A stretch of DNA of 64,000 nt from Gemmatimonadota bacterium (GTDB lineage Bacteria; Gemmatimonadota; Gemmatimonadetes; Gemmatimonadales; GWC2-71-9). Positions 47,748-56,502 of this stretch are shown here, one piece after another; position 1 is the first letter of the stretch, and every line of letters starts with the position of its first letter. The notes below the pieces were generated by a model, which saw only the letters and a program-made list of their open reading frames with translations, had not been told where the DNA came from and searched no databases. The position numbers were made by a program, and so were the translations under genes. The stretch covers positions 17,368-81,367 of the forward strand of contig JBGPDL010000001.1 of NCBI GenBank assembly GCA_041482275.1. The letters are read 5' to 3'.

Positions 47748-48450
47748 GCAGTCGCTCGATGGCGTCGACTTCATTCGGAGCGAGCCGCCGATACTTGCCC
47801 TCGGCGAGCCGCCCCAGCCGCACCGGTCCGTACGCGACCCGGTGAAGCCACTCGACTTTCAGCCCCAGCGCTTCGGCGAGCCGCCGCACGATGCGCTGAC
47901 GTCCCTCGGCGAGAGTGAGCTCCACTTCGACGCTCCGTTCTACGGGGCGCACCCGGAAGTCCACCACGCGCACCGGCCGGCCGTCGATGGTCGGCGGGCG
48001 CGTGAGCGCGGCGCGTACCTCGGCCGCCGTGTGGCCATGCGCCCGCAGCCAGTAGGTGCGGGGCACCGCGTAGCGCGGATGCATCAGTCGGTGCGCCGCC
48101 GCGCCGTCGGTGGTGAGGAGCAGCAGTCCCGACGTCATCACGTCCAGGCGTCCAACGTACGTGAGTCCCGGCACGCTGGGGAGAAGGTGGAACACGGTGG
48201 GCCGTCCCTCCGGATCGCCGCGGGTCACGACGTAGCCCACCGGCTTGTTGAGCGCCAGCCACGTGACCGGCCCCGCGCGTACGGCGCGGCCGTCCACCGT
48301 GACGCGCTGGCGCGCCGGGTCGACGCTCATGCCGAGCGTGGCCATGGCACCGTCCACGCGCACCCGGCCGGCGCGGATCAGGTCCTCGGCCTTGCGGCGC
48401 GACGTCACGCCCGCACGCGCCAGCGCGCGTTGCAGGCGCATCAGCGTCAT
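47734..48450 (-). CDS. rluB: RluB/RsuA-family pseudouridine synthase
   Basis: 238 aa. S4 domain (MRLQRALARAGVTSRRKAEDLIRAGRVRVDG) plus the catalytic motif VGRLDVMTSGLLLLTTDG. Confidence 0.85.
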   Translation of the reverse strand: MTLMRLQRALARAGVTSRRKAEDLIRAGRVRVDGAMATLGMSVDPARQRVTVDGRAVRAGPVTWLALNKPVGYVVTRGDPEGRPTVFHLLPSVPGLTYVGRLDVMTSGLLLLTTDGAAAHRLMHPRYAVPRTYWLRAHGHTAAEVRAALTRPPTIDGRPVRVVDFRVRPVERSVEVELTLAEGRQRIVRRLAEALGLKVEWLHRVAYGPVRLGRLAEGKYRRLAPNEVDAIERLHGTT

Positions 48451-48995
48451 TCGGGTTCGGCGGGCGCGGGCGGCCGGAGCGCCACCGACAGCTCCTCCAG
48501 CCGCGGCAGCTCCTCCAGGTCTTTGAGCCCCAGGATCTCCAGGAACTGCGGCGTGGTGCCGTAAAGCAGCGGCCGTCCCAGCCCTTCTCCGCGGGTCACG
48601 ATCTCCACCAGCCCGCGCTCGATCAATTTGTCGATCACGGCACCCGAGTCGACGCCGCGGATCTCATCCACCTCGAGCCGCCCCACCGGCTGCCGGTACG
48701 CGACGATGGCGAGCGTTTCGAGTGCCGCGGGGCTGAGACGCCGCGGCCGCAGGGTGAATTGCGCCCGCTCGATGGCTTCGGCGTACTCGCGGCGCGTCAG
48801 GAATTGCCACCCCTCGCCGATCTCGACGAGCTCGACCCCGTGGTCGCCCCCGGCGAACGCCTGGCGGACTTCGCCGAGCGCGGCGGCGACCGCCGCCGCG
48901 CCCGCCTGAGGATCGAGTGTCACGAGCTCCTCGACCCCGAGCGGCCGCGCCGCCGCGAACAGGGCCGCCTCAACCAGCTGCGCGAGGGGACTCAC
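48447..48995 (-). CDS. scpB: Segregation and condensation protein B
   Basis: 182 aa. LVEAALFAAARPLGVEEL...ALETLAIVAYRQPVGRLEVDEIRGV. Confidence 0.85.
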   Translation of the reverse strand: MSPLAQLVEAALFAAARPLGVEELVTLDPQAGAAAVAAALGEVRQAFAGGDHGVELVEIGEGWQFLTRREYAEAIERAQFTLRPRRLSPAALETLAIVAYRQPVGRLEVDEIRGVDSGAVIDKLIERGLVEIVTRGEGLGRPLLYGTTPQFLEILGLKDLEELPRLEELSVALRPPAPAEPE

Positions 48996-49707
48996 GACGA
49001 ATCTGGATCGGGGTAAACGGCCCGGCCTGGCGGACCGTGAGCGCGCCGCGCTTGGCGAGCTCCAGCAGGGCGATGAACGCCGACAGCACGTCCACGATCG
49101 TGGGACGCTCTCCCACGATGTCGAGCCACCCGAAGTCCGGGCGCTCCGCGAGCAGCGTCTGAATCCGCGCCGTCGCGCCCTCCACGTCGAGCGGCCGCGG
49201 GACCACGCGGTGGAGCACCGGCTCGGGAATCAACGCAATCACGCGCTCCGCGGCCGCGAGCAGATCGTTCAGATCAATCACGAGCGGCGCGGGCGGCGCG
49301 GCGGGCGGTTCCGGGGAGAAACCACGCCCGAACTGCTCCGCACGCCGCCCCGCCGCCGCGCCCAGCCACTCCACCAACTCCCGGATCTGCTGATATTCGA
49401 GCAGCCGCCGCACCAGCTCCGCGCGCGGATCCTCCCACTCGTCGTCCCCCAGACGCCGCGGCAAGAGCAGCTGCGCCTTGATGCGCAGCAGGCGGGCCGC
49501 CATCTCGAGGTAGTCGGCCGCCTGATTCAACCCGAGATCGCTGATGGCGGCGAGGAACTGATCGGCGATCTTCGAGATCGGCAGGTCGGTGATGTCGACC
49601 TCGTCCTCGTGGATCAGGTGCAGCAGCAGGTCGAGCGGGCCGGAGAACTGCTCCAGCTCGACGACGAAGCCGGTCTGGTCCTGGGCCATGGGCGGGAGCG
49701 TCGTCAT
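48970..49707 (-). CDS. scpA: Segregation and condensation protein A
   Basis: Track ORF 48970..49818, trimmed to ATG 49707 (ATGA overlap). FVVELEQFSGPLDLLLHLIHEDEVDITDLPISKIADQFL. Confidence 0.85.
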   Translation of the reverse strand: MTTLPPMAQDQTGFVVELEQFSGPLDLLLHLIHEDEVDITDLPISKIADQFLAAISDLGLNQAADYLEMAARLLRIKAQLLLPRRLGDDEWEDPRAELVRRLLEYQQIRELVEWLGAAAGRRAEQFGRGFSPEPPAAPPAPLVIDLNDLLAAAERVIALIPEPVLHRVVPRPLDVEGATARIQTLLAERPDFGWLDIVGERPTIVDVLSAFIALLELAKRGALTVRQAGPFTPIQIRRESPRAAG

Positions 49708-50339
49708 GAAACGGGCATGCCTCCCGGCAAGGCGTACGCCCCGACGACCGACCAGCTCAGTCGCAGGAGCGCGCCGGCCGGCCACAGAAAGGGCGTGAAG
49801 AGCGCGGGCGCAAGCCACAATATCAGGAAGAGCGGGAGCATGCCGAGCTGGTAGAACTGGCGGTATTTCAGACCCCAGCCCGGCGGCAGCAGATGGTAGA
49901 AGACATGGCTACCGTCGAGCGGCGGGATCGGGATCAGGTTGAAAAACGCGAGCACCAGGTTGAGGCGCATCCCGTAGAACATCATACGCTGCAGGATCTC
50001 GAGACTTGCCGTGAGCGACGGCGCTCGCTCGGCAACGATCCCGACGACGGCGAACAAGCCCGCGAACACCACGAACAGCGCCAGATTGACGACGATGCCC
50101 GCGAGCGACACGATTACGTCCCCGCGGACGAACTTGCGGTATTTCCTGGGGTTGACCGGTACGGGCTTCGCGGCCCCGAACAGAAACCCGGCATGGGAAA
50201 TCCACAGGACCACCGGCAGCAGCACGGTCATAATGGGATCGATGTGCTTCAGAGGATTCAGCGTCAGCCGCCCGAGCATGTAGGCGGTGTCGTCGCCCTG
50301 CCGATAGGCGGCTTCGGCGTGGGCATACTCGTGGGCCAC
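49704..50339 (-). CDS. Peptidase M50 (site-2-protease family) membrane metalloprotease; the true start is probably upstream of the listed GTG
   Basis: The track ORF starts at GTG 50339, one residue before the HEYAH zinc motif. GRLTLNPLKHIDP and NLIPIPPLDGSH are M50 motifs. The in-frame upstream sequence encodes ISFDFLVWAPVLLFSIV, the expected TM1, but contains no ATG/GTG/TTG. Confidence 0.75.
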   Translation of the reverse strand: MAHEYAHAEAAYRQGDDTAYMLGRLTLNPLKHIDPIMTVLLPVVLWISHAGFLFGAAKPVPVNPRKYRKFVRGDVIVSLAGIVVNLALFVVFAGLFAVVGIVAERAPSLTASLEILQRMMFYGMRLNLVLAFFNLIPIPPLDGSHVFYHLLPPGWGLKYRQFYQLGMLPLFLILWLAPALFTPFLWPAGALLRLSWSVVGAYALPGGMPVS

Positions 50340-50415
50340 TATCGAGAACAGCAGAACCGGGGCCCAGACCAGGAAGTCGAAGGAGATAGCTCGGGCTCGA
50401 GGTCGGTGACGGCCT

Positions 50416-50445
50416 AAGATAACGAGCGGGCGGGGCCCCGGTCAA
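50416..50445 (-). promoter_or_regulatory. Candidate sigma-70 promoter heading the M50-scpAB-...-Bat-mutL array
   Basis: Minus strand reads TTGACC (50445-50440), an 18-nt spacer, then TATCTT (50421-50416). These are the same hexamers as the divergent rpsT promoter. Confidence 0.4.
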
Positions 50446-50457
50446 CGGCGTAGCGCC

Positions 50458-50486
50458 TTGACCGACCTGCACTTACCCTCTATCTT
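50458..50486 (+). promoter_or_regulatory. Sigma-70-type promoter of rpsT
   Basis: Plus strand reads TTGACC (50458-50463), a 17-nt spacer, then TATCTT (50481-50486). A ~19-nt leader carries GAGGAGG (50498-50504) before GTG 50512. Confidence 0.5.
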
Positions 50487-50511
50487 CCGCGCCTCACGAG
50501 GAGGCGAGAGA

Positions 50512-50769
50512 GTGCCGAGAATCAAGTCCGCCAAGAAGGCGATGCGCCAGGGCCGCACCCGCCATCAGCGCAACCGGGCGCAGAGTTCCGCGCTGCGCAC
50601 CGCGGTGAAGCGCGTCCGCGCCGCGACTACGTCCCAGCAGGCCGGTGAGGCCTACCGCGCGGCGTCGCAGTTGCTCGACCGCGCGGCCCGCAAAGGGTTG
50701 ATCCACCCGAACAACGCTGCGCGGCACAAGTCCCGCCTCGCGGCGGCGGTGAAAAAACTCGCACAGTAG
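50512..50769 (+). CDS. rpsT: 30S ribosomal protein S20
   Basis: Track ORF 50458..50769, trimmed to GTG 50512 (VPRIKSAKKAMRQGRTRHQRNRAQSSALRTAVKRV...GLIHPNNAARHKSRL). 85 aa, with a strong SD. Confidence 0.9.
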   Translation: MPRIKSAKKAMRQGRTRHQRNRAQSSALRTAVKRVRAATTSQQAGEAYRAASQLLDRAARKGLIHPNNAARHKSRLAAAVKKLAQ

Positions 50770-50789
50770 ATACGGATGAGGCCGCTCGG

Positions 50790-51605
50790 CTAAACCGCCG
50801 CGAGCTCGGCCCCGCACTGCCCGCAGTACCACTCCGTCGGCAGGTTCATCGTGCCACATTCCTTGCACCGCAGCGTCTTGGCGGCTTCTTCGTCGCCGCC
50901 CGCCGCGGACGGCTCGGGAAGCACAGGTGCGGGAACGGGGTTGGCGGCCCGTTGCGACGGCGGCGCGGCCACGCGCGGAGACTCGGCGGGGATCACGGGC
51001 TGGAACTGGGCACCGCTGGCGCGCCGCGGGGATGGTGCCGAACCGGCGTCGTCCTCGGTCACTGACTTGATGAACGCGAGCTCGTCGGTGTGGCCGGCCG
51101 TCGCGGGCTGTGGTTTGGGTGCGGGGGGCGGGGCTAGCGGTGCCGCCCGCGGGATTGTGGGGACCGGCTTGTTGCGCACCAGCGCATCGAGCTCCTCGAG
51201 TTTCTGGAGGTCTGCCTCGACGGATTGCAGGTCCTCGCGCACCGACACGAGCTCCGCGAGAATGTCCTTGTGCACCTGTTCCCATTGCCCTTCGTCGTAC
51301 TCCCCGACCGAGTGACGCAATTCGGCTTCAGTGAGCTTCTCTGAAGCGCGGGTTTCCTTTCTCTGAAGCTCGCCGCGCAGGTGTCGCTTCTCCTCAATGG
51401 CCTGACGGGCGCTCTCGGCATGGGCCTTGAGCTCCTCGGTCACGGCAGCCAAGCGCGCTTCGTAGTCGGAACGGACCCGCGCGCGCACGTACCCCGGCGT
51501 CGCGTCCGCCGAGTCGTTCAGGCGGGCGATCCAGGCCTCGTACTGGCGCCGTTCCTCCAGCAGACGCTGGATGATGGCGGTGCTCTTGGACGTGCCTTTA
51601 GGCAT
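50790..51605 (-). CDS. Coiled-coil / Pro-rich protein with a C-terminal zinc ribbon, unknown function
   Basis: 271 aa. The N-terminal heptad-like region (EELKAHAESARQAIEEKRHLRGELQRKE) is followed by a Pro-rich linker and a C-terminal CKECGTMNLPTEWYCGQCG. Confidence 0.55.
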   Translation of the reverse strand: MPKGTSKSTAIIQRLLEERRQYEAWIARLNDSADATPGYVRARVRSDYEARLAAVTEELKAHAESARQAIEEKRHLRGELQRKETRASEKLTEAELRHSVGEYDEGQWEQVHKDILAELVSVREDLQSVEADLQKLEELDALVRNKPVPTIPRAAPLAPPPAPKPQPATAGHTDELAFIKSVTEDDAGSAPSPRRASGAQFQPVIPAESPRVAAPPSQRAANPVPAPVLPEPSAAGGDEEAAKTLRCKECGTMNLPTEWYCGQCGAELAAV

Positions 51606-52230
51606 CTCGCTCCCGTCGGAGGCGCGCGACCGCCTCGGGACTCAACTCATTCACCCACCCGAGCGTGCGGGCCGTGCAGATGATGCGCGCCGCGTGCTCG
51701 AGGCTCTCCATGCGAATCCAGGCGGCGTCGAGGGTGTCCCCGACCGTCACCGCCCCGTGGTTCGCCAGCAGCCAGGCGTCGTGACCCGCCAGGTGGGGCT
51801 CGATCCGGTCGCCCAGCTCGGGCGTACCCGGCGTCCCATACGGAACCAAGGGTACCCCACCCTGGCACTGCAAGATAAGCTCAGGCAGCACAAGTATATC
51901 CAGATCCTGCCCCGCCACCCCGAAGCCGGTGGCGACCGGTGGGTGGGCGTGCACGACCGCCCCGACATCGGGGCGGTGCGTCAGGATCCGTAGATGCAAG
52001 TCCAATTCGCTCGTTGGGTTACGGCGCCCGCGCCGGCGGCGCCCGCGCAGGTCCACCTCGACCATGTCGCCCGGGCGGAGCAGCGCCTTGAGCATGCCGC
52101 TCGGTGTCACCAGCACCCGGTCGGGCCCGAGCCGCACTGCCAGATTGCCGTCCTGGCCCGCAATGAGGCCCCGCTCGGCGAGCTGCCGGCAGCACTGCGC
52201 CATGCGACGCGCCACCGCGCGCGGCGTCAC
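51598..52230 (-). CDS. Class II aldolase/adducin-family protein
   Basis: 210 aa. GNLAVRLGPDRVLVTPSG...ELDLHLRIL...VVHAHPPVATGF...ANHGAVTVG. GTGA overlap with pyrC. Confidence 0.8.
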   Translation of the reverse strand: MTPRAVARRMAQCCRQLAERGLIAGQDGNLAVRLGPDRVLVTPSGMLKALLRPGDMVEVDLRGRRRRGRRNPTSELDLHLRILTHRPDVGAVVHAHPPVATGFGVAGQDLDILVLPELILQCQGGVPLVPYGTPGTPELGDRIEPHLAGHDAWLLANHGAVTVGDTLDAAWIRMESLEHAARIICTARTLGWVNELSPEAVARLRRERDA

Positions 52231-53528
52231 GATCGAGCGGGAGCCGCCGCCTCGTGAGCCACCGTCCCGCCCACGACGGTGAGCACGGCGCGCCCGGTGA
52301 GCGTCCGGCCCCCGAACGGCGTATTGCGGCTCTTCGAAAAGAATGCTGCGGGATCGACGGACCAGCGCGCCGTGACGTCCAACACCACGACGTCGGCCGC
52401 CGCCCCGGGTTTGAGGGTGCCGCCGGCAAGCCGGAAGGCGACGGCGGGCGCGGTGCTCATGCGATGCAGGAGCTCGGGGAGCGTGAGGATGCCTGACGCC
52501 ACCAGCTCCGTGTAGACGATGCCGAACGCCGTCTCCAATCCGACGATCCCGAAGGGCGCATCATCGAAGGCGGCCTCTTTCGCATCGTAGGCGTGCGGGG
52601 CGTGGTCGGACGCGATGCAGTCGATCACGCCCTCTTTGAGGGCCTGGTGGAGCGCCGCGACGTCCGCCGCTTCGCGCAACGGCGGGTTCATCTTGGCGTG
52701 GGTGTCGTAGCGCTCGCAGGCGTGGTCGGTGAGCGCGAGGTGGTGCGGCGTCACCTCGGCGGTGACGCGAATGCCCTGCTCCTTCGCACGGCGGATGAGC
52801 TCCGCCGAGCCCCGCGTGGACATGTGGCACAGATGCACGTGGCCGCCCGTGAGCTGCGCCAGCACCACGTCGCGCCCCACCATGATCTCCTCGGCCGCGG
52901 CGGGGATGCCCTTGAGTCCCAGTCGGGTGGACACGAGTCCCTCGTGCATCACCCCGCCGGCGGCGAGCATCGGGTCCTCGCAATGGTCGGCGACGGGGAT
53001 GTCGAAGGTGCGGGCATACTCGAGCGCGGTGCGCATCAGGTGGCTCGACGCGACCGGCTTGCCGTCGTCCGACACGGCCACCGCACCCGCCCCCACCATC
53101 TCGCCGAACTCGGACAGCCGTTCCCCCCTCTGGCCCACCGAGATCGCGCCGATGGGATACACGCGCGTCAGCCCGGCGCGCGCCGATTGGCGCACGATGA
53201 AACCGACGGCTGCCTGGTTGTCGGTGACCGGATCGGTGTTCGGCATGGCGCACACGGCGCTGAACCCCCCGGCTGCGGCGGCCCGGGCGCCCGTCGCGAT
53301 GGTCTCGACGTCCTCGTTGCCAGGCTCCCGCAGGTGGACGTGCACGTCTACCAGCCCGGGAGCCACCACCCGGCCCCGCACGTCCCGCACGTCGGCGCCG
53401 TCGGGAGTGCCGAGCCCCGCGCCCACGGCGGCGATCTTGCCATCCTCGAGCAGGACGTCCGCGATCTGGTCGAGGCCCCGACTCGGGTCGATCACCCGAC
53501 CACCCCTGAGCAGCAGCGGCCGCGTCAC
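52227..53528 (-). CDS. pyrC: Dihydroorotase
   Basis: Track ORF 52227..54566, trimmed to GTG 53528 (GTGA overlap). [12 protein letters not shown]...AMPNTDP...HLCHMST...ASDHAPH. Confidence 0.9.
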   Translation of the reverse strand: MTRPLLLRGGRVIDPSRGLDQIADVLLEDGKIAAVGAGLGTPDGADVRDVRGRVVAPGLVDVHVHLREPGNEDVETIATGARAAAAGGFSAVCAMPNTDPVTDNQAAVGFIVRQSARAGLTRVYPIGAISVGQRGERLSEFGEMVGAGAVAVSDDGKPVASSHLMRTALEYARTFDIPVADHCEDPMLAAGGVMHEGLVSTRLGLKGIPAAAEEIMVGRDVVLAQLTGGHVHLCHMSTRGSAELIRRAKEQGIRVTAEVTPHHLALTDHACERYDTHAKMNPPLREAADVAALHQALKEGVIDCIASDHAPHAYDAKEAAFDDAPFGIVGLETAFGIVYTELVASGILTLPELLHRMSTAPAVAFRLAGGTLKPGAAADVVVLDVTARWSVDPAAFFSKSRNTPFGGRTLTGRAVLTVVGGTVAHEAAAPARS

Positions 53529-54496
53529 TCCGCGCCTCCGGGGGGGGCGCCCTTCGCCGCGTCGGCCAGCTCGGGGCGCCCGCCGGCGAGCAGGTAAAGC
53601 ACCGCCATTCGCACCGCCACGCCGTTCGTCACCTGGTCGAGGATCACGCTGTGCGGTCCGTCGGCGACGCGCGAGTCGATTTCGACGCCGCGGTTCATGG
53701 GCCCCGGATGCATGATCGTCAGCGCGCGCGGCACCTTGTCGAGCCGCTCCGCCGTGACGCCGAAGACCCGATAGTACTCCCGCACGCTGGGAATGAAGCC
53801 CATCTCCATCCGCTCGAGCTGGAGCCGCAGCACGTTCAGCACGTCGGCCCACTCGATCGCCTCTTCGATGCGGCGGAAGCGGCACACACCGAGCTCTTCG
53901 ATGCCGCGCGGCATGAGCGTGTCGGGACCGCACACGCCCACCTCGGCACGGAGCTTCAAGAGACCCCAGATGTTCGAGCGGGCGACGCGCGAGTGGAGCA
54001 CGTCGCCCACGAGGCAGACTTTCAAACCCTCGATCTTGCCGTGCTTGTCCCGGATGGTGAGCAGGTCGAGCAGCCCTTGCGTGGGATGCTCGTGCTTGCC
54101 ATCGCCGGCATTGACGACGTTGGAGCGGATGCGGTTGCCCAGGAATTCGGCGGCACCCGAAGACGGATGGCGGATGACCACCATGTCGATCCGCATCGCT
54201 TCCAAGTTTCGGGCGGTGTCGACCAGCGTCTCGCCCTTCTGCACGGAGCTGCCGCTCGCCGCAACGTTCACGGTGTCCGCGGAGAGGCGCTTCTCCGCGA
54301 ATTCGAACGAGATGCGGGTGCGAGTGGAGGCTTCGAAGAACAGGTTGACGATCGTCTTGCCGCGCAGCGCGGGGACTTTCTTGATCGGCCGCTCGGACAC
54401 TTCCTTGAAGGGCTCGGCGGTGTCGAGGATGAGCCGGATCTGGTCCGTCGAGAGGTGCTCGAGCCCGACCAAGTCCTTCCCGAGCACGGTGGTCAT
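53525..54496 (-). CDS. pyrB: Aspartate carbamoyltransferase catalytic subunit
   Basis: 323 aa. [13 protein letters not shown]...HPTQGLLD...[11 protein letters not shown]. Confidence 0.95.
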   Translation of the reverse strand: MTTVLGKDLVGLEHLSTDQIRLILDTAEPFKEVSERPIKKVPALRGKTIVNLFFEASTRTRISFEFAEKRLSADTVNVAASGSSVQKGETLVDTARNLEAMRIDMVVIRHPSSGAAEFLGNRIRSNVVNAGDGKHEHPTQGLLDLLTIRDKHGKIEGLKVCLVGDVLHSRVARSNIWGLLKLRAEVGVCGPDTLMPRGIEELGVCRFRRIEEAIEWADVLNVLRLQLERMEMGFIPSVREYYRVFGVTAERLDKVPRALTIMHPGPMNRGVEIDSRVADGPHSVILDQVTNGVAVRMAVLYLLAGGRPELADAAKGAPPGGAE

Positions 54497-55047
54497 GCCG
54501 CCGCTCCGGGCTGCACGAGGTCGACTTCGTCGCGGCCGTCGAGCTCCTCGACCAGCACGTCCACACGCTCGCCGCTGTTCACCTTGACTTGCGTTCCTAC
54601 GATGTCGGGTTGGATGGGCAGCTCCCGCCCGCCGCGATCCACCAGCACGCAGAGTGAGATGCGCTTGGGGCGCCCGAAGTCGGCGAGCTCATCCAGCGCG
54701 GCGCGGACCGTGCGCCCCGTGTAGAGCACGTCGTCCACGATCACGACGTGCTTGCCGGCGACGTCGCCCGGGATGCGGGTCTCGCCGATCACGGGCTTGG
54801 GGCCCACCGTCTCGAGGTCGTCGCGGTACAGGGTGATGTCGAGGGCGCCGCGGGGGAGGAGGACGCCCTCGTCTTTTTCGATCAGCTTGGCGATGCGGTC
54901 GGCCAGCTCCACGCCGCGCCGCTGAATGCCGATGAGCACGAGGTCGTCGGTGCCGTGGGCGAGCTCGAGCACTTCCACGGCCATCCGCTGAAGCGCCCGG
55001 GACATGGCGCGGGCGTCCAGGATGATCGTGCGGTGGGGCCGGCTCAT
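54493..55047 (-). CDS. pyrR: Bifunctional PyrR (pyr operon regulator / uracil phosphoribosyltransferase)
   Basis: Track ORF 54493..55149, trimmed to ATG 55047 ([28 protein letters not shown]...[19 protein letters not shown]). ATGA overlap with pyrB. Confidence 0.9.
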   Translation of the reverse strand: MSRPHRTIILDARAMSRALQRMAVEVLELAHGTDDLVLIGIQRRGVELADRIAKLIEKDEGVLLPRGALDITLYRDDLETVGPKPVIGETRIPGDVAGKHVVIVDDVLYTGRTVRAALDELADFGRPKRISLCVLVDRGGRELPIQPDIVGTQVKVNSGERVDVLVEELDGRDEVDLVQPGAAA

Positions 55048-55058
55048 CTCGAGCGTAG

Positions 55059-55086
55059 AAGTTAACCGGCCGACCACCGGGGTCAA
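55059..55086 (-). promoter_or_regulatory. Candidate sigma-70 promoter of pyrR-pyrB-pyrC
   Basis: Minus strand reads TTGACC (55086-55081), a 16-nt spacer, TAACTT (55064-55059), 11 nt, then ATG (55047). Confidence 0.45.
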
Positions 55087-55166
55087 CGGCGCCGGGGTTG
55101 ACGCCCCCCGGTGTGAGCCGTCTTTTCGAGCGGGCGACACGTCTCCCATCCCGGTCCGGAGGACCT

Positions 55167-56495
55167 ATGCAGCGCTTTCTGTGGAGTCTCGTCGGGCTCA
55201 CGCTCGCTGCCACCGCGCTCCCTGCGCAAGGCCTCCGGGACAAGATCGCCCAACTGTTCATTTTCGCGGACGGCCAGGACCCGCTCTTCCTCGGCGGCAC
55301 CGCCGGCTCCGATTCGGCGACCGCGCTGCACGCCGACCACTTCGTCCCGGCGGCCGTGAACGACAACGGCACGCTCATCTCCTTTATCGGGACGGCGATC
55401 AGCCAGAACGTCGCGACCCTCCCGGTGAGCGCCACGAGCGGCGGGTCCACGTTTCGCTTCGAAGGGGGTGTTCCGATCTCGACGTCGGCTTCCCCCGGCC
55501 CGGTGTTCGGCGAGCGCGCCCAGACGCTCGGACGCGGGCGCGTCTTCCTGGGCGCCAACGTCAACCGCCTGCACTTCGAAACACTGCGGGGCGTGAGCCT
55601 CAACAGCATCCAGATGACCTTCACCCACGAGAACGTCACGGGTCCGCAGTGCGACAGCATCGTGGGCGCGTCGTGCGCGCCGTACGGCGTCCCGACTCAC
55701 GAGAACGACGTGATCGCCCTGCACCTGGCGCTCGACATCTCCATGACGGTCACCTCGTTCTTCGTGAGCTTCGGGCTGCTCGACCGCGTGGACATCGGTG
55801 TGGTGCTCCCCATCGTGTCCACCACGCTGCGGGGCACGAGCGATGCGCAAATCGTTCCGTTCGGCGGCACCACGGCGCAACACTTCTTCGGCGGCACGCC
55901 CGCCAACCCCCAGCTCTCCACTTCGCGCTTCGTGGAAGGATCCGCCACCGGCATCGGGGACATCGCCGCGCGCGTCAAGGTCAACGTCACCCAGTCGGAA
56001 CGCACCACGTTCGCGGTCCTCGGGGACGTCCGCTTCCCCACGGGAAGCGAGGACGATCTGCTGGGATCAGGCCACGTCGCGGCCCGTGGCCTCGGCATCC
56101 TGTCGGCGCGATTCGGGGCCTTCTCGCCGCACGCCAACATCGGGTTCCTGTTCCGGAGCGGCAATCTCCAGAATAACGCCGTCCTCGCCACCGTCGGGTT
56201 CGATCACCTGATGGCCCCATGGGCGACGATGGCGGTCGATCTGGTGTCGGAGCTGCAGGTGGGCGAGACGAAGCTCCGGCTGCCGGGCACCGTAACCTAC
56301 GACCTGCCGTTCCGACGCACGGTCGAGCCAACCAACATCCCGAGCACCCGCGATGATCAGATCAACGCGTCGTTCGGATTCAAGTTCGCCACGGGGTCCG
56401 GAATCAAGATCGTGGCCAACACGCTGTGGCCCTTGAACCGCGGTGGGCTGCGGCCCAACGTGCTGTGGACCGCGGGGCTCGAATACAACTTCTGA
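55167..56495 (+). CDS. Outer-membrane beta-barrel protein, unknown function
   Basis: Track ORF 55098..56495, trimmed to ATG 55167 (GGAGGA SD at 55158-55163). Signal peptide MQRFLWSLVGLTLAATALPAQG. Alternating beta-strand pattern and the C-terminal OMP signature ...WTAGLEYNF. Confidence 0.65.
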   Translation: MQRFLWSLVGLTLAATALPAQGLRDKIAQLFIFADGQDPLFLGGTAGSDSATALHADHFVPAAVNDNGTLISFIGTAISQNVATLPVSATSGGSTFRFEGGVPISTSASPGPVFGERAQTLGRGRVFLGANVNRLHFETLRGVSLNSIQMTFTHENVTGPQCDSIVGASCAPYGVPTHENDVIALHLALDISMTVTSFFVSFGLLDRVDIGVVLPIVSTTLRGTSDAQIVPFGGTTAQHFFGGTPANPQLSTSRFVEGSATGIGDIAARVKVNVTQSERTTFAVLGDVRFPTGSEDDLLGSGHVAARGLGILSARFGAFSPHANIGFLFRSGNLQNNAVLATVGFDHLMAPWATMAVDLVSELQVGETKLRLPGTVTYDLPFRRTVEPTNIPSTRDDQINASFGFKFATGSGIKIVANTLWPLNRGGLRPNVLWTAGLEYNF

Positions 56496-56502
56496 CGCTG
56501 GG

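Noticed and set aside
55048-55166. PyrR-binding attenuator or operator in the pyrR/OMP intergenic region, including the GTCAAC-N9-GTTGAC inverted repeat (55082-55102).
   Set aside because: I found no ARUCCAGAGAGGYU-like loop and no terminator. The inverted repeat is most simply explained by two back-to-back -35 hexamers (TTGACC on minus, TTGACG on plus) of divergent promoters.
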